Source: Flavobacteriales bacterium
GTDB taxonomy: Bacteria > Bacteroidota > Bacteroidia > Flavobacteriales_F > PHOS-HE28
Direction of reading: 5' to 3'
Assembly (NCBI GenBank): GCA_016721005.1
Contig: JADKJM010000004.1
Location: 177,701-241,700, forward strand
DNA length: 64,000 bases
In this document: positions 39,078 through 47,990 of the stretch, piece by piece
How the letters are laid out: the number at the start of each line of letters is the position of its first letter
Position numbering within the stretch: the first letter of the stretch is position 1
The notes under the pieces: model-generated
The model's input: only the letters and a program-made list of their open reading frames with translations
What the model was told of the DNA's origin: nothing
Databases searched by the model: none
Position numbers and translations under genes: made by a program

Positions 39078-40961
39078 CTATTCCAAGGTCTCGCGTGCTT
39101 CCTCGAGCAATTGCTCTTCGTGCATACTGGCGTACACACCACCACGATCGACCAATTCCCCGTGCTTTCCTTCTTCGATCACGCGACCATGATCGAGGAC
39201 AAGGATGTGATCGGCATCCCGCACCGCGCTGATCCGATGGCTGATGATAATCGTGGTCCGCCCCTTCATCACCTCACGGATCCCTCGCAGGATGGCCTCC
39301 TCCGTTGCAGTGTCCACCGCGCTCAGCGCATCATCAAAGACCAGGATCCGTGGCCGACCGATGACCGCGCGCGCAATGCTCACGCGCTGCTTCTGTCCGC
39401 CACTTAATGTGATGCCGCGTTCCCCGAGGATCGTATCATACCCTTTCGGGAATTCCGCAATATCCGCGTGGACCTGGGCCACTCGCGCAGCCGCGATCAC
39501 ACGTTCATCCACGTTCTCCGACGGATCCAACCGGAAAGCGATGTTGTTCCGGATCGAATCGCTGAAGAGGAAGACATCCTGCGTTACGAAGCCGAGCTCG
39601 CCGCGCAACCGTTCCAACTTGACCCGCCGGATCGGCACGCCATCCACGAGCACTTCCCCGGCATCCGGATCGTAGGTCCGTCCGATCAGATCCACCAAGG
39701 TGCTTTTGCCACTGCCCGTATGGCCCACAACGGCGAGGGTTCCCCCGGCTGGAACATGGAAGGAGACGCGGTCCAACGCCTTGATCCCTGTGTCCGGATA
39801 GGTAAAGGACACCTCTTTGAATGTGATCGCGCCGTGAACCTCCTTCAACGCGTCCGTTTCATTCACGATGGCGGGCTTGGTGTCCAGGAACTCATTGATC
39901 CTCACCATGCTGGCCGAGGCTTGTTGAACCAGTGATGTGACCCAGCCCACCGATGCGAAAGGCCAGGTGAGCATGTTCACGTAGATCACGAACTCCGCGA
40001 TGTTGCCGACGCTCACGGTCGGGTCACCTTGGATCAACTTGATGCCGCCGACGAGGATGGTGAGCACGGTGCTGAACCCGATCAGCAATTGGATGGCCGG
40101 CATGAAGAGCGCATCGACCTTCGCCTGCGAAAGGCTGCGCGTGCGGTACTCCGCCGCTGCTTCCCGAAAGCGACCCACGGCCATCGGTTCCTTGGAGTAG
40201 GCCTTCAGCACGCGGATCCCACTGAAGCTCTCTTGCGCCAATGTGCTCAAGCGACTCTGCTGCTTCTGCACGTCGGTGCTTTTCCGGTTGATCACATCGC
40301 TCACATAGTAGATGAGCACGCTCATGATCGGCAGTGGGGCGAGCGTCCACAAGGTGAGTTCGGTGTTCACGTGCAACATGAAGCCGATACACATCACGAA
40401 GAGCACCACGAGGTTGATGGTGTACATGACCGCTGGCCCGAGGTACATCCGCACCTTGCCCACGTCCTCGCTGATCCGGTTCATCAGGTCGCCGGTGCTG
40501 TTGCGCTTGTAGAAAGCGCGATCCAGTTGCTGGTAGTGATCGAACACATCGTTCTTCAGGTCGAATTCGATCAGGCGGCTCACCACGATGATCGTTTGCC
40601 GCATGAGGAACATGAAGAAGCCACGGAGCAGTGCGAACACCAGATAGAGGATGGCCAACACACCAGCGACTTTCACGATCGCGATCCCAAGGCCCGCGTT
40701 GCTCAGGTCCGAGAACCAGCCCTGCAGATCGAGACCCGTCCAGCCGGTCCAAAGCCCGAGCAATTCTGGAACGGCCATCTCCCGCTCGGAGAGGGGCAGG
40801 TCGCGCTGCGTGAACCCGGCCGTGACCATGTCGATGGCCTCACGCACCACCTGCGGCGCGTACACCGCGAACAGGTTGCTCAGCACGATGAACACCGTGC
40901 CCAGGACCAGATGCCACGTGTACTTGGCGAAGTACTTGTTCAGCTTGAGCAACGGTCGCAT
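39078..40961 (-). CDS. ABC transporter ATP-binding protein/permease (MsbA-like exporter)
   Basis: Trimmed to MRPLLKLNKYF. Six-TM domain plus an NBD with Walker A GHTGSGKST, signature LSGGQKQR and Walker B ILVFDDALSAVD. Confidence 0.85.
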   Translation of the reverse strand: MRPLLKLNKYFAKYTWHLVLGTVFIVLSNLFAVYAPQVVREAIDMVTAGFTQRDLPLSEREMAVPELLGLWTGWTGLDLQGWFSDLSNAGLGIAIVKVAGVLAILYLVFALLRGFFMFLMRQTIIVVSRLIEFDLKNDVFDHYQQLDRAFYKRNSTGDLMNRISEDVGKVRMYLGPAVMYTINLVVLFVMCIGFMLHVNTELTLWTLAPLPIMSVLIYYVSDVINRKSTDVQKQQSRLSTLAQESFSGIRVLKAYSKEPMAVGRFREAAAEYRTRSLSQAKVDALFMPAIQLLIGFSTVLTILVGGIKLIQGDPTVSVGNIAEFVIYVNMLTWPFASVGWVTSLVQQASASMVRINEFLDTKPAIVNETDALKEVHGAITFKEVSFTYPDTGIKALDRVSFHVPAGGTLAVVGHTGSGKSTLVDLIGRTYDPDAGEVLVDGVPIRRVKLERLRGELGFVTQDVFLFSDSIRNNIAFRLDPSENVDERVIAAARVAQVHADIAEFPKGYDTILGERGITLSGGQKQRVSIARAVIGRPRILVFDDALSAVDTATEEAILRGIREVMKGRTTIIISHRISAVRDADHILVLDHGRVIEEGKHGELVDRGGVYASMHEEQLLEEARETLE

Positions 40962-41145
40962 CGGCCCGGGAGGGAACTTCCTACTTTTGCGCGGCCTTGC
41001 AAATGGCGCTGCGGTTCGGAAGCGCGCCAAATGTAGGCTGGAGGAGTAGGAGGGTCGGGGTGCGTTGACCGGTTGGCTTAGGCGGACAGCGGCGTTTCCC
41101 GATCGAACAGGACCGAACGAACGCCGAACAAAAGCAGCCACACAA

Positions 41146-42258
41146 ATGCTCAGTACCAGTTCCAAACCCGCCCAAGCCGAGGTCGTGCTGGGGCGCATGG
41201 AGAAGCACGATCATGAAGAGGTCCTCTTCTGTTACGATCGCCCCACGGGCCTGAAGGCCATCATCGCGGTTCACAACACCACCTTGGGTCCTGCCTTGGG
41301 TGGTACGCGGATGTGGCCTTATGCTAGCGAGGCCGAAGCTCTGAACGATGTCCTGCGGCTCAGCCGGGGGATGACCTACAAGAGTTCACTCGCGGGGCTT
41401 GACCTGGGTGGTGGCAAGGCCGTGATCATCGGCGATTCAAGAACGCAGAAGACCGAGGCCATGTTCCGCCGCTTCGGCCAATTCGTACACAGCCTCAACG
41501 GCCGGTACATCACCGCAGAGGATGTGGGCATGAGTGTCACCGAGATGGTGAACATCAAGAAGGAGACGAAGTATGTTGCTGGCCTTCCGGAGGAAATGGG
41601 AGGCAGTGGCGATCCCAGCCCGGTCACCTCGTACGGTGTCTACTGTGGCATGAAGGCAGCTGCGAAGACCGCCTTCGGCAGCGATGACCTCAGTGGAAGG
41701 AAGGTCTCCATTCAAGGTGCCGGGAACGTGGGCAAAGGATTGGTCGCGCTGCTGGTGAAGGAAGGCGCGAGCGTGTTCCTCACCGACATCCATGACGAGA
41801 AGTTGGCGGCGATCAAAGCGGAGTTCCCGACGATCACGCTGGTGAAACCGGAGGTGATCCATGACCTGGATGTGGACATCCATTCACCGTGCGCACTGGG
41901 CGCCACGATCAATGACGAGACGTTGGAGCGGCTCAAATGCAGTGTGATAGCCGGTGCGGCCAACAACCAACTCGCCGATGAGACCATCCACGGCAAGGCG
42001 GTCATGAAGAAGGGGATCCTGTACGCGCCCGACTTCCTCATCAACGCCGGGGGCATCATCAACTGCGCATGGGAGATGAAGGGGTACAACCGGAAGGCCG
42101 CGCTGAAACAGACGGAGGGGATCTATGACACGGCCCTGCGCATCTTCAAGGCAAGTGCCGACCTGGATATTCCTACCTACCTCGCAGCGAACCAAGCAGC
42201 CGAGCATCGCATCACGAGTATCCGCGAGGCTGGCCTTCGCTACGCTTCCCCATGGTGA
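41146..42258 (+). CDS. Glu/Leu/Phe/Val dehydrogenase family (leucine/valine dehydrogenase-like)
   Basis: MEKHDHEEVLFCYD resembles the LeuDH N-terminus. GGGKAV contains the active-site Lys; NAD-binding motif GAGNVG. The start is alternatively the Met at 41197. Confidence 0.8.
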   Translation: MLSTSSKPAQAEVVLGRMEKHDHEEVLFCYDRPTGLKAIIAVHNTTLGPALGGTRMWPYASEAEALNDVLRLSRGMTYKSSLAGLDLGGGKAVIIGDSRTQKTEAMFRRFGQFVHSLNGRYITAEDVGMSVTEMVNIKKETKYVAGLPEEMGGSGDPSPVTSYGVYCGMKAAAKTAFGSDDLSGRKVSIQGAGNVGKGLVALLVKEGASVFLTDIHDEKLAAIKAEFPTITLVKPEVIHDLDVDIHSPCALGATINDETLERLKCSVIAGAANNQLADETIHGKAVMKKGILYAPDFLINAGGIINCAWEMKGYNRKAALKQTEGIYDTALRIFKASADLDIPTYLAANQAAEHRITSIREAGLRYASPW

Positions 42259-43202
42259 ACCGCCGTTATCTGAGGATCAAGGTCTATCAATCGCTCTACG
42301 CCCATTGGCAGGGCGATCGCACGAGTTCGACCCGCTTGGGGAAGGAACTGGTCCAAGGGATCGACCGCACCAACGATATGTACTTGGGTCTGCTGCTCGT
42401 GTTCGGGGAGTTGCGTCATGTGGCCGAACAGCGCATGGAGGAGCGGCGGAAGAAGCACCTGCCTACCGAAGGCGACCTGAACCCGGATCGGCGCTTCGTG
42501 GACAACGTATTGATCGCCGGTATCGCCACCAGCGATCGCCTTCAACAGGAATGCGACAAGCGCCGGATCAGCTGGGTCGGCTTCAGAGAAGTGTTCACCG
42601 CGTTGTACAAGAGTGTCGAGGACAGTGAGGAGTTCAAGGCGTACATGCAGGCACCCACGCCAACCTTCAGCCAACAACGTGAATTGGTGGTCCGCCTCTT
42701 CAGTGAGCTGATCGCCAATGATGAGCATCTGCAGGAGGTCTTTGAATCGCGCAGCATCTTCTGGATGGAGGATCTGGACCTTGCGGCCACCATGGTGAAG
42801 CGCGGCCTGGAGAACTGGAAGGAAAAGGGAAGTGCCGATGAACTTCTCGAAGGCCTTTCCCTGGATCCGACGGAGGAGAAAAGCTTTGTGGGCGACCTCT
42901 TCCGTCGCACGATCGAGTTGGGTGATGAGCATGAAGCGCTCATCGCTGAACGCGCCAGCAATTGGGAAGCGGACCGCATCGCGCTGAGCGATATGATCCT
43001 GATGAAGATGGCACTTACCGAAGTGCGCATCTTCGAGCAGATCCCGATCAAGGTGACGATGAACGAGTACATCGAGATCGCGAAAGCATACAGCACCCCG
43101 AAGAGCAAGAATTTCATCAACGGCGTGCTGGACAAGATCTTCATCGAGATGAAGGCGGATGGTCGCATCAGCAAGGTGGGGCGTGGATTATTGGAAAGTT
43201 GA
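42252..43202 (+). CDS. nusB: Transcription antitermination factor NusB (long Bacteroidota form)
   Basis: N-terminal RRYLRIKVYQSLYA and the C-terminal NusB fold (DRIALSDMILMKMALTEV...YIEIAKAYSTPKSKNFINGVLDKI). Confidence 0.8.
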   Translation: MVNRRYLRIKVYQSLYAHWQGDRTSSTRLGKELVQGIDRTNDMYLGLLLVFGELRHVAEQRMEERRKKHLPTEGDLNPDRRFVDNVLIAGIATSDRLQQECDKRRISWVGFREVFTALYKSVEDSEEFKAYMQAPTPTFSQQRELVVRLFSELIANDEHLQEVFESRSIFWMEDLDLAATMVKRGLENWKEKGSADELLEGLSLDPTEEKSFVGDLFRRTIELGDEHEALIAERASNWEADRIALSDMILMKMALTEVRIFEQIPIKVTMNEYIEIAKAYSTPKSKNFINGVLDKIFIEMKADGRISKVGRGLLES

Positions 43203-43203
43203 G

Positions 43204-43677
43204 ATGATGCGCACCACGTCATTCCTCTTCATGATCGCGGTCCTCTTCGTAGGCTGCCGCCTCACGGACCACAGCGAGAACGAGGGTGTGACCACGGATG
43301 ATCTCACCTTCCCCGTATCCGGCTATGAGAAAGTGGATGCGGCGGACCTTCCGAAGATCGTGTTCGACCGGACCGAAGTGGAGATGGGCAGGATCACCCA
43401 AGGCCAGCGCGTGGAAGAACAATTCACATTCACGAATGAAGGGGGCAGCCCGTTGGTGATCACCGATGTCCGCAGCACCTGCGGATGTACCGTGGGCAAG
43501 GATTGGCCGAAAGGTGCGATCCCACCGGGCGGCACAGGATCCATCACCGTGACCTTCGATAGTGAAGGCCGCGAAGGCATGCAGCACAAGACCGTGACCG
43601 TTCTAGCGAATTCATCCCCACCCAGCACCGTGCTGACATTGACCGGCGACGTGGTGGGACCCAAACCAACCAATTGA
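43204..43677 (+). CDS. DUF1573-domain protein (secreted)
   Basis: Trimmed to MMRTTSFLFMIAVLFVGC. The conserved CGCT motif (STCGCTVGKDWPKGAIPPG) is typical of DUF1573. Confidence 0.65.
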   Translation: MMRTTSFLFMIAVLFVGCRLTDHSENEGVTTDDLTFPVSGYEKVDAADLPKIVFDRTEVEMGRITQGQRVEEQFTFTNEGGSPLVITDVRSTCGCTVGKDWPKGAIPPGGTGSITVTFDSEGREGMQHKTVTVLANSSPPSTVLTLTGDVVGPKPTN

Positions 43678-43696
43678 TCAATCCCGTTCGAACCGA

Positions 43697-44026
43697 ATGA
43701 CCGCTTCCATTCTACTTCAAGCCGCTGCTCCCGAGGGACAGAGTTCAACCAGTTTCTTCATCATGATGGGCCTCCTTATGGTGGTCTTCTGGTTCTTCAT
43801 GATCCGTCCTCAGCAGAAGAAGGCGAAGGACGCACGCAAATTCAGGGAGTCGCTGGAGAAGGGGACGCGCATCGTCACCATCGGTGGCATCCATGGCAAG
43901 ATCCTGGAGGTGGCGGACACCACCGTATTGGTGGATGTGGACAGCAACGTGAAGCTGCGCTTTGAGAAGAGCGCCATCGCCATGGACAACTCGCAGCAGT
44001 TGAACGAGACGACCGCGAAGGGCTGA
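43697..44026 (+). CDS. yajC: Preprotein translocase subunit YajC
   Basis: 109 aa. Single TM helix followed by RPQQKKAKDARKFRESLEKGTRIVTIGGIHGKILEV, the hallmark of YajC. Confidence 0.85.
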   Translation: MTASILLQAAAPEGQSSTSFFIMMGLLMVVFWFFMIRPQQKKAKDARKFRESLEKGTRIVTIGGIHGKILEVADTTVLVDVDSNVKLRFEKSAIAMDNSQQLNETTAKG

Positions 44027-44066
44027 TCCATCCGTTCGCGAGGAGCAACCGCTTGGTTCCACGATC

Positions 44067-44657
44067 ATGTTGAAGGTCGGATTGACCGGTGGGATAGGGG
44101 CGGGCAAGAGCACCGTGGCCCGGATGTTCTCCGTCCTCGGGGTGCCCGTGTTCCATGCCGACGAAGAGGCGAAGGATCTCATGAACGCGGATCCGGAGCT
44201 ACGGTCGGCGATCACCGAACGCTTCGGGGTGAAGGTGTACGCCGACAACGTTCTTGACCGGCGCGCATTGGCCGCCATTGTATTCAATGACGTGCGTGCG
44301 CTCGCCGATCTCAATGCAATGGTGCATCCCGCAGTACGTCGTGCATTCAACCGATGGAGCGGTGAGCAGACCGGTTCTTATGTGGTCATGGAAGCGGCGA
44401 TCCTTGCAGAACACGACGGCTATAAGGCGTTCGACCGTGTGATCACCGTCACCTGTCCGGAGGCAATGCGCATTGAGCGCGTCGTTCAGCGCGATGGTGT
44501 GTCGGTGGAAGAAGTCCGCGCGCGCTTGGCGAACCAAGCCACGGACGAGGAGCGCCTCCGGATCGCGGACTTCGTGGTCGCGAATGACGACACACAACTC
44601 GTGATCCCGCGGGTGTTGGCGATACACGAAGAACTTTTGAGGACGGCCAGCGCATGA
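44067..44657 (+). CDS. coaE: Dephospho-CoA kinase
   Basis: P-loop GLTGGIGAGKST and CoaE length of 196 aa. Confidence 0.9.
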   Translation: MLKVGLTGGIGAGKSTVARMFSVLGVPVFHADEEAKDLMNADPELRSAITERFGVKVYADNVLDRRALAAIVFNDVRALADLNAMVHPAVRRAFNRWSGEQTGSYVVMEAAILAEHDGYKAFDRVITVTCPEAMRIERVVQRDGVSVEEVRARLANQATDEERLRIADFVVANDDTQLVIPRVLAIHEELLRTASA

Positions 44658-44941
44658 AGCAGGTTGAACGCCGCCTGCCGTTGAGTACCGTCACGCTGGT
44701 CTTCGGCGCGCTGAGCATTCCCTTGGCCTTTGCGCGACACCTGTGTTCGTTGGCAGTTGTCCTCGGCGTCTATGCATTGATCTTCGGGTGGTGGGGTCAG
44801 CGCCGAGCAGCTGGACACCTATTGCGCTACACGGCGGCAAGTGTGAAGCGCTCCCGCATCGGTGCGCGTTTGGCGATGGTAGGAACCGTCTGCGCTGTGA
44901 TCATGTGGGTACTGTGGGCCACGAATTGGCTATTGACCTAG
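44654..44941 (+). CDS. Small hypothetical membrane protein
   Basis: 95 aa with two predicted TM helices. Four-bp overlap with coaE. Confidence 0.4.
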   Translation: MKQVERRLPLSTVTLVFGALSIPLAFARHLCSLAVVLGVYALIFGWWGQRRAAGHLLRYTAASVKRSRIGARLAMVGTVCAVIMWVLWATNWLLT

Positions 44942-44978
44942 CTTTTCGGCCACAGGAGAATCTGGAAGTGGGTCGAGG

Positions 44979-45539
44979 TCAGGCCCGGAGCGCCCTCTGA
45001 ACGGGCACCACGCTGGACTGCACGTTCTCTTCCCCGAACGCATCGATGTAGCAAGCCAGCAAACTCGCGGTGGCTGCGGCATCGGCGAGCGCGCGGTGCG
45101 CCGAGTTGAACGTGATCCCGAAATAGCGACACAAGCTTCCGAGGTTGTAATGGTCCAACGAAGGGACCAATCGCCGACCCAATCGCTCGGTGCATAACGT
45201 CGGTCGCTCGAACGGCATACCCGTGCGCGCGAACTCATGTGCCAGCGCGGTCATATCGAAGCGCACATTGTGCGCGACCACGATGCGATCCTGTGTGAGC
45301 GTTTCCAACGTGCGGACCACCTCACTGAAGATCGGCGCGCCACGCAACAACTCGTCATCGATCCCGGTGAGCTTCTTCGTGAACCAGGGGACGCGGCACC
45401 GCGGATGCACCAAACTGTCCCAGCGCAGCCGCTCATCTCGACCGTTCATGGCCAGCACAGCCACCTCCATCACTCGTCCATTGGTGGGATCGCCTTCGGT
45501 CGTCTCCACATCCAGCACAGCATAGTACGATCCACTCAT
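44979..45539 (-). CDS. DEDDh 3'-5' exonuclease (DNA polymerase III epsilon-like domain protein)
   Basis: Trimmed to MSGSYYAVLDVETT (Exo I). VAHNVRFDM (Exo II) and HRALADAAA (Exo III). The longer track ORF (to 45662) extends into the IS copy and is unlikely to be native. Confidence 0.75.
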   Translation of the reverse strand: MSGSYYAVLDVETTEGDPTNGRVMEVAVLAMNGRDERLRWDSLVHPRCRVPWFTKKLTGIDDELLRGAPIFSEVVRTLETLTQDRIVVAHNVRFDMTALAHEFARTGMPFERPTLCTERLGRRLVPSLDHYNLGSLCRYFGITFNSAHRALADAAATASLLACYIDAFGEENVQSSVVPVQRALRA

Positions 45540-45652
45540 GGCGCCGTCATACGCGAAGGGTACGAGCGGGGTTGCCAGCGGCTGAACGAAAGCCGATGAC
45601 CGGTGGATGACGCGGGAATGCACGGGGAGCGTAATGATGATCGGTGCGAAAG

Positions 45653-46761
45653 CTAGTGTCATAACCCATTAGTTCATTAACTAAACGACGCGGATTTTTC
45701 CAGCATAGGTCCATTTGAAGGGTGCCGCCCGTTGCTCGTTGTAGGTTCTGATGTACTCCATGATCTGGTCGACGAGTTGTTTGGTGGACTTCCAGACGCC
45801 GTTCTTCAAGACGTCCTTGGCCAGCATGTTGAACCAGATCTCGATCTGATTGAGCCAAGATGAGTAGGTGGGCGGAAGTGCAGGTGATCTTCCGTTTGGG
45901 TTTCACCAGCCTTCACCTCCTGGATTTATGCACGGCCAGATTGTCCGTGATGAGTGCAGATGGTTGTTGCGGAAGGTGCGGTCGAGCTTCTTGAGGAAGG
46001 TCAGGAAGGTGGTTGCGTTGTTGGCTTTGACCGGTGTTGCGGTTATCATTCCGGTATGCACGGCAAGGGCGGCCATGAGGGCCACGGTACCATTGCGCTT
46101 GTAGGTTGCCGTCATGCGCTTGGGCGTGCCCGCCCGAAGTGGGAGTATCGGCTGTGTGCGGTCCAGTGCCTGTATCTGGGTTTTCTCGTCCACGCTCAAC
46201 ACGATGGCGTTCGCTGGCGGGTCCATATACAGACCGATGATGGTGAGCATCTTGGACTCGAATTCAGGGTCAGGACTTTTCCCGCACCAGTACTCGGTCT
46301 TGTGCGGTTTCAGATCAGCGTGCTTGAGGATCAGATGAACGGCGCTCTGACTGATGCCCACTTCTGATGCGATGCGCTCCTGAGACCAATTGGTATAGCC
46401 GCCCGTAGGCTTCTCGCACGCTTTCTGGACCACGCGTGCCTTCTGCTGAGGCGCGTCATAGCTTGCCCGGACGAGGGGCGTCCTTCAACCCGGCTACGCC
46501 CAGTTTTCTGAACCGGTTGCGCCACTTGTTCACCGTAGGGCGGGTCATCCCGGTGCGCTTGATGATCCCATCCAGACTGTGACCATCATGGCTCAACACG
46601 ATCACCTGCGCACGCAGACCGTATCGACGCTCCAACTGTGGAGCGGACCATCGCCTCAAGTTCCATGCGTTGCTCTTCGCTTACAGGGATCGGTTTTGCA
46701 GTTCGTGCCATGCCGCGAATATAGCACTATTAGTTTATCTATTACATGGTTATAACACTAG
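45653..46761 (-). mobile_element. IS630-family insertion sequence, copy 1 (decayed)
   Basis: About 1.1 kb and about 98.5% identical to copy 2. Terminal inverted repeats GTGTCATAACC.../...GGTTATAACAC flanked by TA on both sides. Transposase reading frame on the minus strand is broken by several single-base indels. Confidence 0.8.
45656..46659 (-). pseudogene. IS630-family transposase (HTH + DDE_3), frameshifted in copy 1
   Basis: ORF fragments 46456..46659 (HTH, ...GMTRPTVNKWRNRF...), 45903..46433 (DEKTQIQAL..., the first D of the DDE triad) and a 3' remnant (...FNMLAKDVLKNGVWKSTKQLVDQIMEYIRTYNEQRAAPFKWTYAGK) at 45671..45810 in a third frame. Confidence 0.75.
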
Positions 46762-46870
46762 GGAATGGGATCCATCATGATCGGCGTGATCCGGTGTTCG
46801 TAGCGGGAAGTTCGGTCCGCAACGTCACCATTTTCAAAAAGCATCGTTGAAATGACCGGAACCCGGAAGC

Positions 46871-47395
46871 ATGGCGCTGAACGTATCCTTCAAACCAGGC
46901 ATGAAGCAGTCGCTGCTCGCAGCGCGCTATTTCAACACCACTGCGGAAGAGGCGATGGATGGCTTGATCGCTTCGGCGACACCGAGACAGTACCTGATCT
47001 CCGTGCAGGATGGTACCTCACTGCGCGTTCGGATATGGTCCGAGATCGGGCTGGAAGAAGCGCAGATGGGTGAATTGCTCGATTGGCTTCGTGGTGTCCA
47101 GGGCGATATCCGGAGCATCCAGTCGGGTTCCACGAATGCGCACGATCACGCAAGCGTCGTGGAGAAGTGGGTGGCTGAAAGGCACGGTATCGCCGATCTC
47201 TTCCTTGAACAACTGGATCCGACCACGAGCAGCAAAGCCGACATGGAACCCGAACTCTCCTTGGGTGTTCTTGGTGGCCGCACAGTGATGATCTCCACGA
47301 ATACCTTGATGTTCAGCCGGCTCCAGGAAGGGGTCTTCGGACTCTCCATCGCACAACGCGGGAGCTATTTGATCGAGCAGCTCCGGCGCGCTTGA
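46871..47395 (+). CDS. Hypothetical protein
   Basis: 174-aa ORF immediately inside IS copy 1. No recognisable motif. Confidence 0.4.
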   Translation: MALNVSFKPGMKQSLLAARYFNTTAEEAMDGLIASATPRQYLISVQDGTSLRVRIWSEIGLEEAQMGELLDWLRGVQGDIRSIQSGSTNAHDHASVVEKWVAERHGIADLFLEQLDPTTSSKADMEPELSLGVLGGRTVMISTNTLMFSRLQEGVFGLSIAQRGSYLIEQLRRA

Positions 47396-47425
47396 TCCAT
47401 TCAACCCAAGCGAAGTAGGAATGGT

Positions 47426-47833
47426 TCACCCGTGGTACACACGGCTGGCGATGATCACTCCATCGCGCAATTCCAGGACCTCACCGACGCGCAGGTCCGC
47501 TTCCCCATCCACGTGACGGATGTATTCCATGAAGACCGTCCGCTCATCGGCCACGAGCTTCTTCAACTCATACCGCAAGGAGGGAAGGCGCTCGAAGGCA
47601 TCGGCCCACCAGTCTCGCAAGGCGCTCTTCCCCTTGATCAGTCCTTTGGTCTCCGGTTGCCTCACTTGCAACTTCGGACTGAAATGTTCAGCATCCTCGG
47701 CATAGAGGTCAAGCAACGACTCGAGGTCGTGCTCGTTGAATGCCTCGAACCAGAGGTACGCGATGCCTTTGTTCGCCTGCGCGATCATGGGTGCTAAAGT
47801 GGGACGATCCGGGATCAGGGCGATTACCCACAA
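47426..47833 (-). CDS. SnoaL-like/NTF2-superfamily protein
   Basis: 135 aa. The pattern AQANKGIAYLWFEAFNEHDLESLLDLYAEDAEHFSP is typical of the NTF2-like (SnoaL/ketosteroid isomerase) fold. Confidence 0.6.
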   Translation of the reverse strand: MWVIALIPDRPTLAPMIAQANKGIAYLWFEAFNEHDLESLLDLYAEDAEHFSPKLQVRQPETKGLIKGKSALRDWWADAFERLPSLRYELKKLVADERTVFMEYIRHVDGEADLRVGEVLELRDGVIIASRVYHG

Positions 47834-47990
47834 AGGATGATTTTGAGCAATGGTCCGCGAAGTCCCGGAAGAAGGGATCCGGGCACGGTCAGCGCAGCAT
47901 GTGGCGGATCCTTGCGCAATTCGGTTCTGCGAGCGGCACGCGCAGATGGTCCTCCGTGACTTGGTATCATTGTGTACTCATTCATCGACC

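Noticed and set aside
45539-45662. Longer N-terminal extension of the exonuclease ORF
   Set aside because: The extension runs into the IS630 inverted repeat, so it cannot be ancestral. The Met directly preceding the Exo I motif was chosen.
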